A stretch of DNA of 64,000 nucleotides from contig CAVTQJ010000007.1 in NCBI GenBank assembly GCA_963736825.1, positions 18,196 through 82,195 on the forward strand. Reading direction: 5' to 3'. Made by a program: the position numbers and the translations under genes. The DNA is from an uncultured Actinomycetota bacterium. Its GTDB lineage: Bacteria > Actinomycetota > Actinomycetes > Mycobacteriales > Mycobacteriaceae. Positions 28,208 to 38,500 of this stretch are shown piece after piece. Within the stretch, counting starts at the first letter, position 1. The number at the start of each line of letters is the position of its first letter. Below the pieces are notes generated by a model. That model saw only the letters and a list, made by a program, of their open reading frames with translations. It searched no databases and was not told the origin of the DNA.

Positions 28208-29836
28208 CTACCCCAGTCGCCGACGACCGGCGAGCCCGACCAGTGCGCCCGTCGCGCCCGCGGCCAGCATCGCCAGCCACACACCATGGGTGAGCAGCAT
28301 CAGCCCGCGATGGCGCGCCGCCGCGTGGTCACCGCCCAGCCGGGTGACGGTGACATCGTCGCCGGACTCGACGACCAGCCAACCCACGCCCGCACGGGCC
28401 AGCGCCTCGTGATCGGCACCCGTGGCCAGCAGTCGTTCGATCTCCCTGGCGCGGCCGCCTTCACCGGGCACCAGCCGCCCCGAGATGGTCAGGTCCCCGG
28501 TCGTCAGCACGTCGGCGCGGACCCAGCGCGGCAGCGGGTCGAGCACGGGTGCCGCGCCCGCCCACGGGAAGTTCCGCATGCTGCCTGCGGGTAGCACGGC
28601 GACCGGTCGCGGGTCGGCGTTGATCGCCGCCGCGGCCGCCGCCCAGCCGGGCGGATAACGCACCGCGCCGACCTTGCCGCCGACTCCCCACGCGAGGTCG
28701 GGCAGGGTGGCGATCAGGGCGAGACCGCACACCGCCGCCGCGGCGAAACCGGGCAGCCACCGCCGCAGCGTCAACACCGCCCCGGCGGCTGCAAGCGTGT
28801 AACCGGGCACCGCCAACGCCACCCACTTCTGCGCGTCGCGCACCACGCCGAGGCCGGGCAGCGCGCGCACCGTCGACTCGACGGCCGCCAGCCCAGGGCC
28901 CGTCGCCATCACCGTCGGCACCACGACGGCCGCGAAGGCGAGAACGAGCAGCGGGACTGCGACAGGTGTGCGGACGACGACCGGCAGGCCAGCCGCCACC
29001 ACGATCAACAGCACGACGGCGGCCACCACAGCGAAAAGTGTTGTCCGCGAGCCGGGTACGGCATCTCCGTTCCAGATGCCGCCGAGACTGGCCAGGCTGC
29101 CCAACGTGGCGAGACCCGGTTCGGCTCGCGCGGCGAAGGCCGTGACGCCGTCGGCCTGAGACGACGACAGCGACCCGGACACGGCCGCAGCCGTCAGCCA
29201 TGGCAGCGCCGCGACGACCGCGACGGCGACGCCCGTCAGCGCGCAGAGCTTTCGGGCCAGACCGCGACCGGGCGCCGACGAGCAGACCAGCGCCACCGTC
29301 GCGGCAAGCATCAGACCGGTCGGCGTCACACCGGCAAGCGCGACCCAGAACGCGAGCGAGCACATCTCGACCCACAGCGGCCTGCTCGTCGACGTCCGCA
29401 TCCGCAGCACCGTCGCCGCCATCCACGGCAGGCAGCCGTACCCCACCAGCAGGCTCCAGTGTCCCTGCAGAAGCCGTTCGGCGACATACGGATTCCACAC
29501 CGCCAGCGTCGCCGCGACGAACTGGCCCGGCCCCCCGGCGTCGGGCAGGACCATGACCGCCAGCCGGGCGCTGCCCCACCCCGCAAGCCACAACCCGGCC
29601 ACCAGCAGCGCCTTGACCACCATGCCGCCATCGAGAACGTGCGAAGCCAGCGCGACGGCGAAATCCTGCGGCAGCGCCCGCGGAGCCGCATCCGAAAGGC
29701 CAAGCGCCGCATCGGAAAGATAGGACCGAGGGGTGGCGACGGCGTCGCGAAGCAGCAGATATCCGGGCGCCAACAGCGGACCGGTCACCACGATCGCAAG
29801 GGTGAGCGAGTAGGCGGGCGCCCAGACTCTGGTCAA
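28208..29836 (-). CDS. mmpA: Polytopic membrane protein (Rv0226c ortholog); start approximate
   Basis: Motifs PGYLLLRDAVATPRSY, RALPQDF and WNPYVAERLLQGHWSLL. Confidence 0.85.
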   Translation of the reverse strand: MTRVWAPAYSLTLAIVVTGPLLAPGYLLLRDAVATPRSYLSDAALGLSDAAPRALPQDFAVALASHVLDGGMVVKALLVAGLWLAGWGSARLAVMVLPDAGGPGQFVAATLAVWNPYVAERLLQGHWSLLVGYGCLPWMAATVLRMRTSTSRPLWVEMCSLAFWVALAGVTPTGLMLAATVALVCSSAPGRGLARKLCALTGVAVAVVAALPWLTAAAVSGSLSSSQADGVTAFAARAEPGLATLGSLASLGGIWNGDAVPGSRTTLFAVVAAVVLLIVVAAGLPVVVRTPVAVPLLVLAFAAVVVPTVMATGPGLAAVESTVRALPGLGVVRDAQKWVALAVPGYTLAAAGAVLTLRRWLPGFAAAAVCGLALIATLPDLAWGVGGKVGAVRYPPGWAAAAAAINADPRPVAVLPAGSMRNFPWAGAAPVLDPLPRWVRADVLTTGDLTISGRLVPGEGGRAREIERLLATGADHEALARAGVGWLVVESGDDVTVTRLGGDHAAARHRGLMLLTHGVWLAMLAAGATGALVGLAGRRRLG

Positions 29837-29853
29837 CGAGCGGTTGATCAGAC

Positions 29854-31047
29854 CTACCGGTCCGGTGGATGTCTCGGCCGCTGCGTCGGCAGCTGCAACT
29901 TCTCCGTCTTGGCCTCCGCGCCGGGCACCTTGATGCCCTGGGTGTCGAAGAACCCGTGATCGGCTTCGTCCAGGCCGGGGTCGATCAGCGTGGACTCGGC
30001 CCGAAGGCCGAACGAACCTAGGAGTGCGCCGCCGATCAGCGTCACCAGGCCGATCGCGGTGAAGGTGATCGGCAGGATACGTCCCCACAGCGCAACCCGG
30101 TCCCGTTCGTCGCGCGCGGTGGCGATCTGCGACTCGACCGTCTGCTCGCTCGACGTCACGGTGTAGTCGACGAACGCCACCTCCGGCCGCAGCGCCTCGC
30201 GCGCGTAGTACTGGTTTGCGCGCTCCTTGGATTTCACGATGGTGCCCGAAACGGGGTCGACCCACATCGTCCGCTGCGCGGCGTAGTAGCGGGTCATGGT
30301 GATCTGCTCGTCGGGATTGCCCGGCAGGCCCCACATCCCGGCGGTCGCGGTCACCTGGCTGTCCTCGTCGTCGTCATACAGCGAGGCGTACTTCACGGGT
30401 TCGACGAGCTTGCCGTCCTCGTCGTAGCCGACGTTCTGGGTGAACCGGTAGGTGGTCAGGCCGTTGACGTCTTCCTCACCGTCGTAGTTGGCGTCGAAGG
30501 CCTTCTGTGCGATCGGGTCGAACAACGGGTAGGTCTTCTTCTCGGTGTCGAACGGGAAGCGGTAGGTCAGCCCGTCGTGGGGCAGAGCGATGTTGGTCGG
30601 CGGCTGCTCGTCCTCCATGGTGCGCGGCTTCTGCACTGCGCCACCGGGATTGCTCTCACTGGATACGGCCATCGCGGTCTTGCGGTCGAGGGTGACGGTG
30701 TCGACGAGCGCGAGCAGCAGACCGGTGTCCTGTTGCTTGTCGGTGCGGCGCAGCGTGGTGCCCACCTGAAGGGTGACGACCTCGGCGTTCGACGGCGCCT
30801 CGACGCTGACCTGCTGCTGCTGCGAGACCGGCACGTTCTTGCCGATCTCGAACTTCGGCGCGGTCAGGGAAGCGGGGTCGAATGCCGTCGCAGTCCCGTC
30901 GCTGACCAGTGTGGCGTCCAGGTCCAACGGAATCTTGGTGATCATGCTCTTGGTATAGGTGGTGAGCAGCAGCGCGGCGATCAGCAGGGCGGCTCCCAAC
31001 CCCATGATCCCGCACGCCGCGATCCGCAACGCCACTGCGCGGTTCAA
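29854..31047 (-). CDS. lmcA: DUF3068 lipoglycan-synthesis membrane protein (Rv0227c ortholog)
   Basis: TTG start with a GGAGG RBS. N- and C-terminal TM helices, HDGLTYRFPFDTEKKTY and WVDPVSGTIV. Confidence 0.88.
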   Translation of the reverse strand: MNRAVALRIAACGIMGLGAALLIAALLLTTYTKSMITKIPLDLDATLVSDGTATAFDPASLTAPKFEIGKNVPVSQQQQVSVEAPSNAEVVTLQVGTTLRRTDKQQDTGLLLALVDTVTLDRKTAMAVSSESNPGGAVQKPRTMEDEQPPTNIALPHDGLTYRFPFDTEKKTYPLFDPIAQKAFDANYDGEEDVNGLTTYRFTQNVGYDEDGKLVEPVKYASLYDDDEDSQVTATAGMWGLPGNPDEQITMTRYYAAQRTMWVDPVSGTIVKSKERANQYYAREALRPEVAFVDYTVTSSEQTVESQIATARDERDRVALWGRILPITFTAIGLVTLIGGALLGSFGLRAESTLIDPGLDEADHGFFDTQGIKVPGAEAKTEKLQLPTQRPRHPPDR

Positions 31048-31140
31048 ACCGTTCCTCCCTGGCTCGATGTCGCCGGCCGATTGGGCTGCCCCAATGGGAA
31101 GCGACCCTAACAGCACAAACTAAGGCCCTCACTTACTACG

Positions 31141-32364
31141 ATGCCTTCCGTGGCATCCGGCACACTGGTCGCCGTGGCAGGTGCGCAGGGCGTCAGCGGG
31201 ACCCGTGGATTCCTGCCTCCGGTCGAGGGAATGCGGGCCTGCGCGGCCGTCGGCGTCGTGGTGACCCACGTCGCATTCCAAACCGGGCACACCGGCGGAG
31301 TGGTGGGCCGGCTGTTCGGGCGGTTCGACCTGGCCGTCGCGGTGTTCTTCGCGCTGTCGGGATTCCTGCTGTGGCGCGGTCACGCCGCGGCGGCCCGTGG
31401 CCTGCGCCCGACGCCTGCGACCGGGCACTACCTGCGCTCCCGGCTGGTCCGGATCATGCCTGCGTACCTGGTTGCGGTGGTGGTGATCCTGACCTTGCTG
31501 CCCGACGCCAAAGCCGACCTGACGGTCTGGCTGGCGAACCTGTCGCTGACCCAGATCTACGTGCCACTCACGCTGACGGCGGGGCTGACGCAGATGTGGA
31601 GCCTTTCGGTCGAGGTGAGCTTCTATCTCGCCCTGCCTGTTCTGGCTCTGCTGGTGCGCGGGGTGCCGGTGAAGGCGCGCATCCCTATGCTCGCCGCCGC
31701 CGGCCTGTTGAGCCTCGGCTGGGCGCTGATCCCGTTCGGCACCCCGGTCGGTGTCAGCTCGGTGAACTGGCCGCCCGCCTTCCTGTCGTGGTTCGTCGCG
31801 GGCATGGTGCTGGCCGAACTGACCGTGGCCCCGGTCGGGCTGCCACACCGGCTGGCCAGGAGGCGAATCCTGATGGCCGTCGTCGCAGGGGTCGCGTTCC
31901 TGGTGGCGGCCTCGCCGCTGGCGGGCCCCGAGGGCCTGACGCCGGGCACGGCGCACCAGTTCATCGTCAAGGTCGCGATGGGCGCGGTGGTCGCGGGTGC
32001 CTTGATCGCCCCGCTGGTGCTGGACGCGCCGGACACCCCGCACCGGTTGCTGGGCAACACCACGATGGTGACGCTGGGTCGGTGGTCCTACGGGTTGTTC
32101 ATCTGGCACCTGGCGGCACTCTGGATGGTGTTCCCGATCGTCGGCGAGTTCGCGTTCAACGGGCACATGCCGGTGGTGTTGGTGCTGACGGTGGTGATCG
32201 GGTTCGCGATCGCTGCGGTCAGTTACGCGCTGGTCGAGTCGCCCTGCCGAGTCGCCCTGCGGCGCTGGGAGTATCGCCGCAGCAGCCCCGCCGAGCCGGC
32301 TCCGCTGCTGGACTGGGGGCACCTCCCCGCCGAAGGCAAGGGGGATGCCGTGAGGACGGGTTGA
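31141..32364 (+). CDS. tmaT: Acyltransferase-3 (Rv0228 ortholog, trehalose monomycolate acetyltransferase); start may be GTG 31174
   Basis: Motifs EGMRACAA, FFALSGFLL, WSLSVEVSFY and SYGLFIWH. Confidence 0.88.
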   Translation: MPSVASGTLVAVAGAQGVSGTRGFLPPVEGMRACAAVGVVVTHVAFQTGHTGGVVGRLFGRFDLAVAVFFALSGFLLWRGHAAAARGLRPTPATGHYLRSRLVRIMPAYLVAVVVILTLLPDAKADLTVWLANLSLTQIYVPLTLTAGLTQMWSLSVEVSFYLALPVLALLVRGVPVKARIPMLAAAGLLSLGWALIPFGTPVGVSSVNWPPAFLSWFVAGMVLAELTVAPVGLPHRLARRRILMAVVAGVAFLVAASPLAGPEGLTPGTAHQFIVKVAMGAVVAGALIAPLVLDAPDTPHRLLGNTTMVTLGRWSYGLFIWHLAALWMVFPIVGEFAFNGHMPVVLVLTVVIGFAIAAVSYALVESPCRVALRRWEYRRSSPAEPAPLLDWGHLPAEGKGDAVRTG

Positions 32365-33116
32365 TGCCGGGCTGGCTGGAAGCTGGATGGTGGGGCCTCG
32401 TTGCGGGTGCTGCGCTGGTGGTGGGCGCCGTCATCGCATGGGTGGCACGCGTGCCCGCTCGGGTGGTCGCATCGGTCATGGCGTTCGGCGCGGGGGTGTT
32501 GATCTCTGCGCTGGCGTTCGACCTGGTCGACGAAGCCGAGCAGACCGGCGGAATCCTCGCTGTGGCAATTGGATTCCTCGGCGGCGCCGCAGCATACGTG
32601 TCGGCCAACGCGTTGCTCGCCCGCTACGGCGCCCAACACCGCAAGCGCTCGCACGGCCGGCAACCCACCGAGGAGCAGCAGGACGGCAGCGGCGCGGCGA
32701 TCGCCGTCGGCGCCCTGCTCGACGGCGTGCCGGAGTCCGTCGTGCTTGGCGTATCGCTGATCGGCGGACACGGTGTCGGCGTCCCCGTGTTGGCTGCGGT
32801 CTTCATCTCCAATCTGCCAGAAGGGCTTTCGAGCGCCGCGGGCATGAAGGGGGCCAATCGCAGCGCGCGATACGTGTTCGCCGTCTGGATCGGGATCGCG
32901 GTACTCAGCGGCTTGGCGGCGATGGTGGGTTATCTGCTGTTGGACGATGCCTCGCCGTTCCTCATCGCGGTGATCACGGCGATCGCCGCCGGTGCGATCC
33001 TGGCGATGATCGCGGACACGATGGTGCCGGAGGCGTTCTCCGAGACACACATCCTGACCGGGTTGATCACCACGATCGGGTTCCTCACCGCGTTCACGGT
33101 CGAGCGACTCAGCTGA
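32364..33116 (+). CDS. ZIP-family metal transporter
   Basis: Motifs MAFGAGVLISA, LLDGVPE, ISNLPEG and DTMVPEA. Confidence 0.88.
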   Translation: MPGWLEAGWWGLVAGAALVVGAVIAWVARVPARVVASVMAFGAGVLISALAFDLVDEAEQTGGILAVAIGFLGGAAAYVSANALLARYGAQHRKRSHGRQPTEEQQDGSGAAIAVGALLDGVPESVVLGVSLIGGHGVGVPVLAAVFISNLPEGLSSAAGMKGANRSARYVFAVWIGIAVLSGLAAMVGYLLLDDASPFLIAVITAIAAGAILAMIADTMVPEAFSETHILTGLITTIGFLTAFTVERLS

Positions 33117-34563
33117 GACGCGCGATAACGGCGTCGCGCACGGCCGACCGCCGCGCCTTGCCTGCATCGTCGCGCAGTGGCGTGTCGGTGAACTCGACCG
33201 TGCGCGGCAGCTTGTAGCCGGCGATGCGGTCAGAGAGGAACGCGATCACGGCGTCCTCGTCGAGTCCGTCGGCCTGCACGATCGCATACGGCACCTGGCC
33301 CATGTCGTCGTCGGGTACGCCGACGACCAAGCAGGACAGCACGTTCGGGTGCGCGCACAGTGCCGACTCGATCTCCGCGGGGTAGACGTTGCGACCGCCG
33401 ACGGTGAACATGTCGACGCGCCGGTCGTTGAGGTACAGGAAGCCGTCGGCGTCGAAATAGCCGAGATCGCCGAGCGAGTCCCACCCGTCGCGGCTGTTCG
33501 CCGTCGACCCGATGTAGCGATAGGTCGGTGCGCTGCCCGGTGGCGGCCGCATGTAGATCTCGCCGCTGACCCCGGGCGGGCATTCGTTGCCGTGGTCGTC
33601 GAGGACCTTCATCTCCCCGGCGACCACGACCCCCACCGAGCCGGGATGGCTCAGCCACTGCTCGCCGGAGATGAACGTCAGCGCTTGAAGTTCGGTGCCG
33701 CCGTACAGTTCCCAGACCGCATCGGGGCCCAGCAGGTCGATCCATGCTTGTTTGATCGCGGGCGGACACGGTGCGGCGAGATGCCAGAACCGGCGGATCG
33801 ACGACAGATCGTAGGCCTTTGGGTCGGCTCGGTAGACCGGAAGCAGGCGCTGCATGATCGTCGGCACGGTCGCGAGGAACGTGACCCGGTGCCGGGTGAC
33901 GAGGTCGAGGAACTCGTGCGGTTCGAAGCGCGGCATCAGCACCAGGTGATGGCCCTGCACCAAGCCGATGGCGAAGTTGGTGAAACCCGTGTTGTGCGAC
34001 AGCGGCACCGAGATCAGGTTGACATCGCCCTCCTGGGCGCCCAGCGGATACCCGGCCAACGGCGGGAATCGGCTGTCGCCACCCGCCTCGATCAGCTTGG
34101 GCCGCCCCGTGCTGCCGCCCGAGGCCATCGACTTCCACACCGGTGACACCACTTCGGGCAGCTCGGCGTCCGACAGCGCCGCCTCGGGGATGAAACCCAC
34201 AGGTACACTTGGTGTTTCACCCCGCGGGTCGTCGCGCCCGACGATCAGCGCCTGCGGGCGCAGATCCAGCAGGCCCTCTAGTTCGGCGTCGGGCAGCCGG
34301 GCCGACAACGGCTGCGGCGTTGCGCCGAGCTTCCATGTGGCGAGCACCGACTGCGCCCACTGGATCGAGTTGGGCAGCACGATCGTGACGTAGTCACCGA
34401 CGCCGACACCGCGCGCGGCGAAGGCACGCGCCAGCCGGTTCGTCGACAGGTCGAGTTCACGCCGGGTGAGCGTACGGCCCGAGCAGGTGACCGCGGGTGC
34501 GTCGGGATCAGCGGAGGCCAGTCGCGACACCTGAGTGCCGATGGGTGGTGTCGCTTCGGGCAA
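33109..34563 (-). CDS. Acyl-CoA synthetase (AMP-binding)
   Basis: Motifs SGGSTGRPK, YGGTE, SLGDLG, NVYPAEIE and AGK. Confidence 0.92.
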   Translation of the reverse strand: MPEATPPIGTQVSRLASADPDAPAVTCSGRTLTRRELDLSTNRLARAFAARGVGVGDYVTIVLPNSIQWAQSVLATWKLGATPQPLSARLPDAELEGLLDLRPQALIVGRDDPRGETPSVPVGFIPEAALSDAELPEVVSPVWKSMASGGSTGRPKLIEAGGDSRFPPLAGYPLGAQEGDVNLISVPLSHNTGFTNFAIGLVQGHHLVLMPRFEPHEFLDLVTRHRVTFLATVPTIMQRLLPVYRADPKAYDLSSIRRFWHLAAPCPPAIKQAWIDLLGPDAVWELYGGTELQALTFISGEQWLSHPGSVGVVVAGEMKVLDDHGNECPPGVSGEIYMRPPPGSAPTYRYIGSTANSRDGWDSLGDLGYFDADGFLYLNDRRVDMFTVGGRNVYPAEIESALCAHPNVLSCLVVGVPDDDMGQVPYAIVQADGLDEDAVIAFLSDRIAGYKLPRTVEFTDTPLRDDAGKARRSAVRDAVIARLS

Positions 34564-34564
34564 T

Positions 34565-35542
34565 TCAGTAACCGCCCTGCGCGGAGAAGACGTTGCGCGG
34601 GTTGTCCACCATCATGGTGGTGATCTGCTCGTCGGTCACCCCGCGCTCCCTCAGGGCGGGCAGCACGTCGTCCGAGATGTGCAGGTAATGCCAGTTGGGC
34701 ATCGCGACCGGCACGAGTTCCTCTGGCAGCCAGTCCATGAAGCACGACGCGTCGTGGGACAGCACCATCTTGTCGGCGTGCCCGCGCTCGCACATCGTCG
34801 CCACGGTGTTGACCCGTTGCTCGGTGTCGAGGAAGGTGTCCAGCCCGAAACGGTCCATGCCGATGTAGGAGCCGTTGCCGATGAGCTCCTCCAGGTAGTC
34901 GATGTCGGTGGTGTCGCCGCAGTGCCCGATCACCACCCGGGTCAGGTCGACGCCCTCCTCGGCGAAGATCTGCTGCTGCTCCAGCCCCCGGCGAGTGGCG
35001 GCATGGGTGTGCGTCGAGATCGGCACGCCCGTCTGGCGGTGCGCCTGTGCAACCGCGCGCAGTACCCGCTCGACGCCGGGGGTGACGCCCGGTTCGTCGG
35101 TGGCGCACTTGAGGATCGCCGCCTTCACGCCGGTGCCCGCGATGCCGTCGGTGATGTCGGCGACGAACATCTCGGTCATGGTCTCCGGGCCGTCGAGCAG
35201 CGTGCCCGGCCCGCGGAAATGGAAGTACATCGGCACGTCGTTGTAGGTGTAGATGCCGGTGGCGACGACGATGTTGATGTCGGTGGCCGCAGCGATGCGC
35301 GCGATCCGCGGGATGTAGCGACCGAGCCCGATCACCGTCAGGTCGACGATGCTGTCCACACCGCGCGACTTGAGCTCGTCGAGGCGGCCGATCGCGTCGG
35401 CCTCCCGGCGGTCCTCGTCGCCCCACACCTCGGGAAAGTTGTTGTTGATCTCGGGAGACAGCACGAACACGTGTTCATGCATCAGCGTTACGCCGAGGTC
35501 GGCGGTGTCGATGGCTCCTCGGACGGTATTGAGTTGCGGCAC
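34565..35542 (-). CDS. php: Phosphotriesterase-related lactonase (Rv0230c-like)
   Basis: GTG 35542. Motifs TLMHEHVF, LKCATD, THTH, IGHCGD and LSHD. Confidence 0.92.
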   Translation of the reverse strand: MPQLNTVRGAIDTADLGVTLMHEHVFVLSPEINNNFPEVWGDEDRREADAIGRLDELKSRGVDSIVDLTVIGLGRYIPRIARIAAATDINIVVATGIYTYNDVPMYFHFRGPGTLLDGPETMTEMFVADITDGIAGTGVKAAILKCATDEPGVTPGVERVLRAVAQAHRQTGVPISTHTHAATRRGLEQQQIFAEEGVDLTRVVIGHCGDTTDIDYLEELIGNGSYIGMDRFGLDTFLDTEQRVNTVATMCERGHADKMVLSHDASCFMDWLPEELVPVAMPNWHYLHISDDVLPALRERGVTDEQITTMMVDNPRNVFSAQGGY

Positions 35543-38500
35543 TCCACCACTATTACCGATGCCGCCAGTGCAGCGACCGATATCAGCGCAAGCAGTTGGA
35601 CGCTCGACGAGTGCCCGGCGTAGCCGTCCACCGATCGCCACGGATTCTGGGACAGCACCGCGCCGGCCAGGATCAGCCCGCAGGCACTGGTTGCGACGGT
35701 GATCGCCTCGTAGCGCCGGGGTCGACGGCGCAGCAGACGGCGAACGCCCAACGCCGCCCCCATCACCACCACGCCGACGACGCCGGAGATCACCGCGCCG
35801 ACGAGCAGAAGCGCCAGCGCCGTCACGACCGGAGGCGGTTGCCACGGCCGTGCCGGGTCGGCGGGGGGCGGCGGGCGTCGCGCAGGCACCAGCGCCAACA
35901 GCGCGAGAATCGGCAGCAACGCGAGACCGCCGACGATGCCTGCGCGGTAGACGGCGTTGGAGGCGAACGACAGGATGATGGTTCCCGAGGTACCTGCGGG
36001 CACGACCCAGCCCTGCTGCCAGCCGTTGACGGTGACCGGGGTCAGCCGCGCGCCGGCGCCGGCGTGAGCGGTCCACCCCGGGTTGATGCTCTCGGGAACG
36101 ACGAGGATGCGCGATACCTGAGACGGGGCGACGCCTACCTCGCGGTGGTCGGAGCTCCATCCGGTGACGTCTACGGATTGAGTTGCCGCACTGGGTAATT
36201 CCCGGCCCAACGGGCCGACGAGCTGGATGCCGTCGACGACGAACGCCGCGCCGGGACTGATCAGCAACTCCTGCCGTCCGGCGGGTAGCGCGATGGGCGC
36301 CGTCCGGCACGGTTTGGCCGCGATGGGGTCGCCGTTGCGCAGTGCGCCGACGGTGGTGTCGATCGCGGTCTGGATGAACTGGCCCGCGACGGCGATGATC
36401 GGACCGCGGCCACACGGCAGCGTCACCGGCCGCGCCTTGTTGGCGACGTCGTCGGCGGCGGCGATCGGACGGCCCTGCGGGTCCAGCGCAGCGACCTCGG
36501 CCAGCCCGGGCGGCTTCAGCTGATCGAAACCCAGTGCGGTGCGGTCGATCACGTCGTCCCAGTCGAGAATGGACACCTTGACGGTGTCGGTGACGCTCGG
36601 CCGCAAGGCCACCGTCTGTGCCCGATCGCCGGTCAGCGCACGCACCTGCGGCCCGTCCCCGAGGTCGATCGCGACCAACCGAGGATGCGCGGGCAGCGTC
36701 GACGAACTCGGCGTCAGCCGCAGGCCGCCCACTTCGTGGGCAGCGGGCAGTTTCAGCGTCAGGTTCGGCGGAGTGCGGTATTGCACCACGCGCTGTGGCG
36801 CGGTCCACGCCGTCCGCGGATCCCCGTCGGCGGCCGCGTAGGCAGACCCGAGCACATCGACCGGGTCGGAATCGCCTGTGGCCCTCGCGGTTCCGGGCTG
36901 GCTGATCAGATCGGCCAGGGTGGGACCCTGCCGCGGACGCACCCATACCGTCGGGCTCACCGTGATCGGGTCGGGCACGGTGAGCGTGCGGCTCATGTTC
37001 ACCGGCTCCTCAGGGGACAGCGCCATGGCGGCCGCGCAGTGTATGCCGTCGGGCCCGTCGGCGCAGCCGTACCTGCCCAGCAGCTCCGAACCCAGATCCC
37101 ACTGCGCGACAGCAGAATTCGCGGTTGGGCCGGGCACGGACACGGTGTGGCGGAGCTCGATCGGATGCGCGAAGCCGGATGCGTCGTACTGGGTTACGGT
37201 GAAGTCGGTGATGCCGAACTGCACACCGGGCGACCCGTCCTCGGTGCCGACCGCGGTGATCCGCACCCACGGTGTCTCGCCGTACGGCAGCGCCGCCGTG
37301 ATCGGTTTGCCCGCCTCGGCGAAGCGCAGTGTGCTGGTGCCGTTGGTCGTCGAGATCTCAACCCGGCGGACCTGGGCGCCCACCGCCGTCGCGCTGGGGG
37401 TGACGGTGATGGTGGCGTTGGTGACCGGGTGGTCGAAGTCGACCTGCAGCCACTGGCCGACGGCGGACTGCAGGGCATTGGACACCCAACTGGTCGAGGA
37501 GTCGCTGTCGATGGCCGCGGTCGGGCCGGTCGCGGGCGCGACGTTGGGCAGCGCGGTGGAATCCGCCGCCGAACTGGACACCGTCACCCGGCCACCGGTC
37601 CAGCCGCCGAGCACCGCGGGGGTATCGCCTGCGGGGTAGTCGGGCACCCGGTTGAAGGTGTGCCGCGCATCGCCTTCGGCGCGGACCGCAGACGAGTGGT
37701 CATCGACGCGCCCGTAGTCGGTCTCGCGGGCCAGCGGGGTGTCGGTGACGGTGACGACGGGCGTAGGCAGGCCGGCGCGTTGGGCGTCCGCGGTCAGCAG
37801 CATCGGTCCCAGCGGTGGCCGGTCGAGTAGTCGCCGCCGCTCGTCGAGTCGCAGCAGTGCCTCGGGGCCGCCGTCGACGCGTGCCATCGCGTCGGCGTCG
37901 GCCAGATAGGGAGCGCCGGGTTGCGGATTGGTGTCCACGCGGTAGATCTCTACGGCGGGATACTTGGGCCGCAACCCGCTGTCGGTGATGAAACCGTTCA
38001 GCGTGCCCGGGCCGACCCGGTCACCGAACTCGGCGACCTTCGAGAACCCCGGTGAGCCGGCGATCGCGCGGTGCACCAGCACAGGCCGCGCCGAACGCGA
38101 GGTCTCGGGGTCGAGGTCGTTGCGGACCACCACATACGAAATGCCCTGCCGGACAAGAGTATCCGCAAGCCCGGCAGACGGCCGCCCGGCGGCGAACAGC
38201 CGTTGCACCGAATCCAGCGCGCGGATGGTCTGCGGCGGTGTGAGCGGTATCGAGTCGCGCACCCCCCACGGGCTGTCGCCGAGCACTTGAAGCGGCTCGT
38301 CGTGACTGGAGCCCCACACCTGGGTGGCGAACGGGGCGCCGGGTGCCACCAGGACCCGGCCGGGCGGCGAGCCCGAGTTGTGCTCGTCGAGCCAGGCTGC
38401 CGCCTGATGCCAGTACGGCGGGATCGCGTCGAACGTTCCAGGTGGCGTCAGTCGGCCTGTCCACGCCAGCGAGGTGCCTGCCGCCAGAGCGACGAGCACC

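Noticed and set aside
34565-36946. 793-aa php fusion ORF (likewise the long versions of ORFs 24590-26941, 28208-30334, 31371-33116, 60474-61925 and 16277-18079)
   Set aside because: The upstream parts are alternative frames of neighbouring real genes, an artefact of rare stop codons at high GC.
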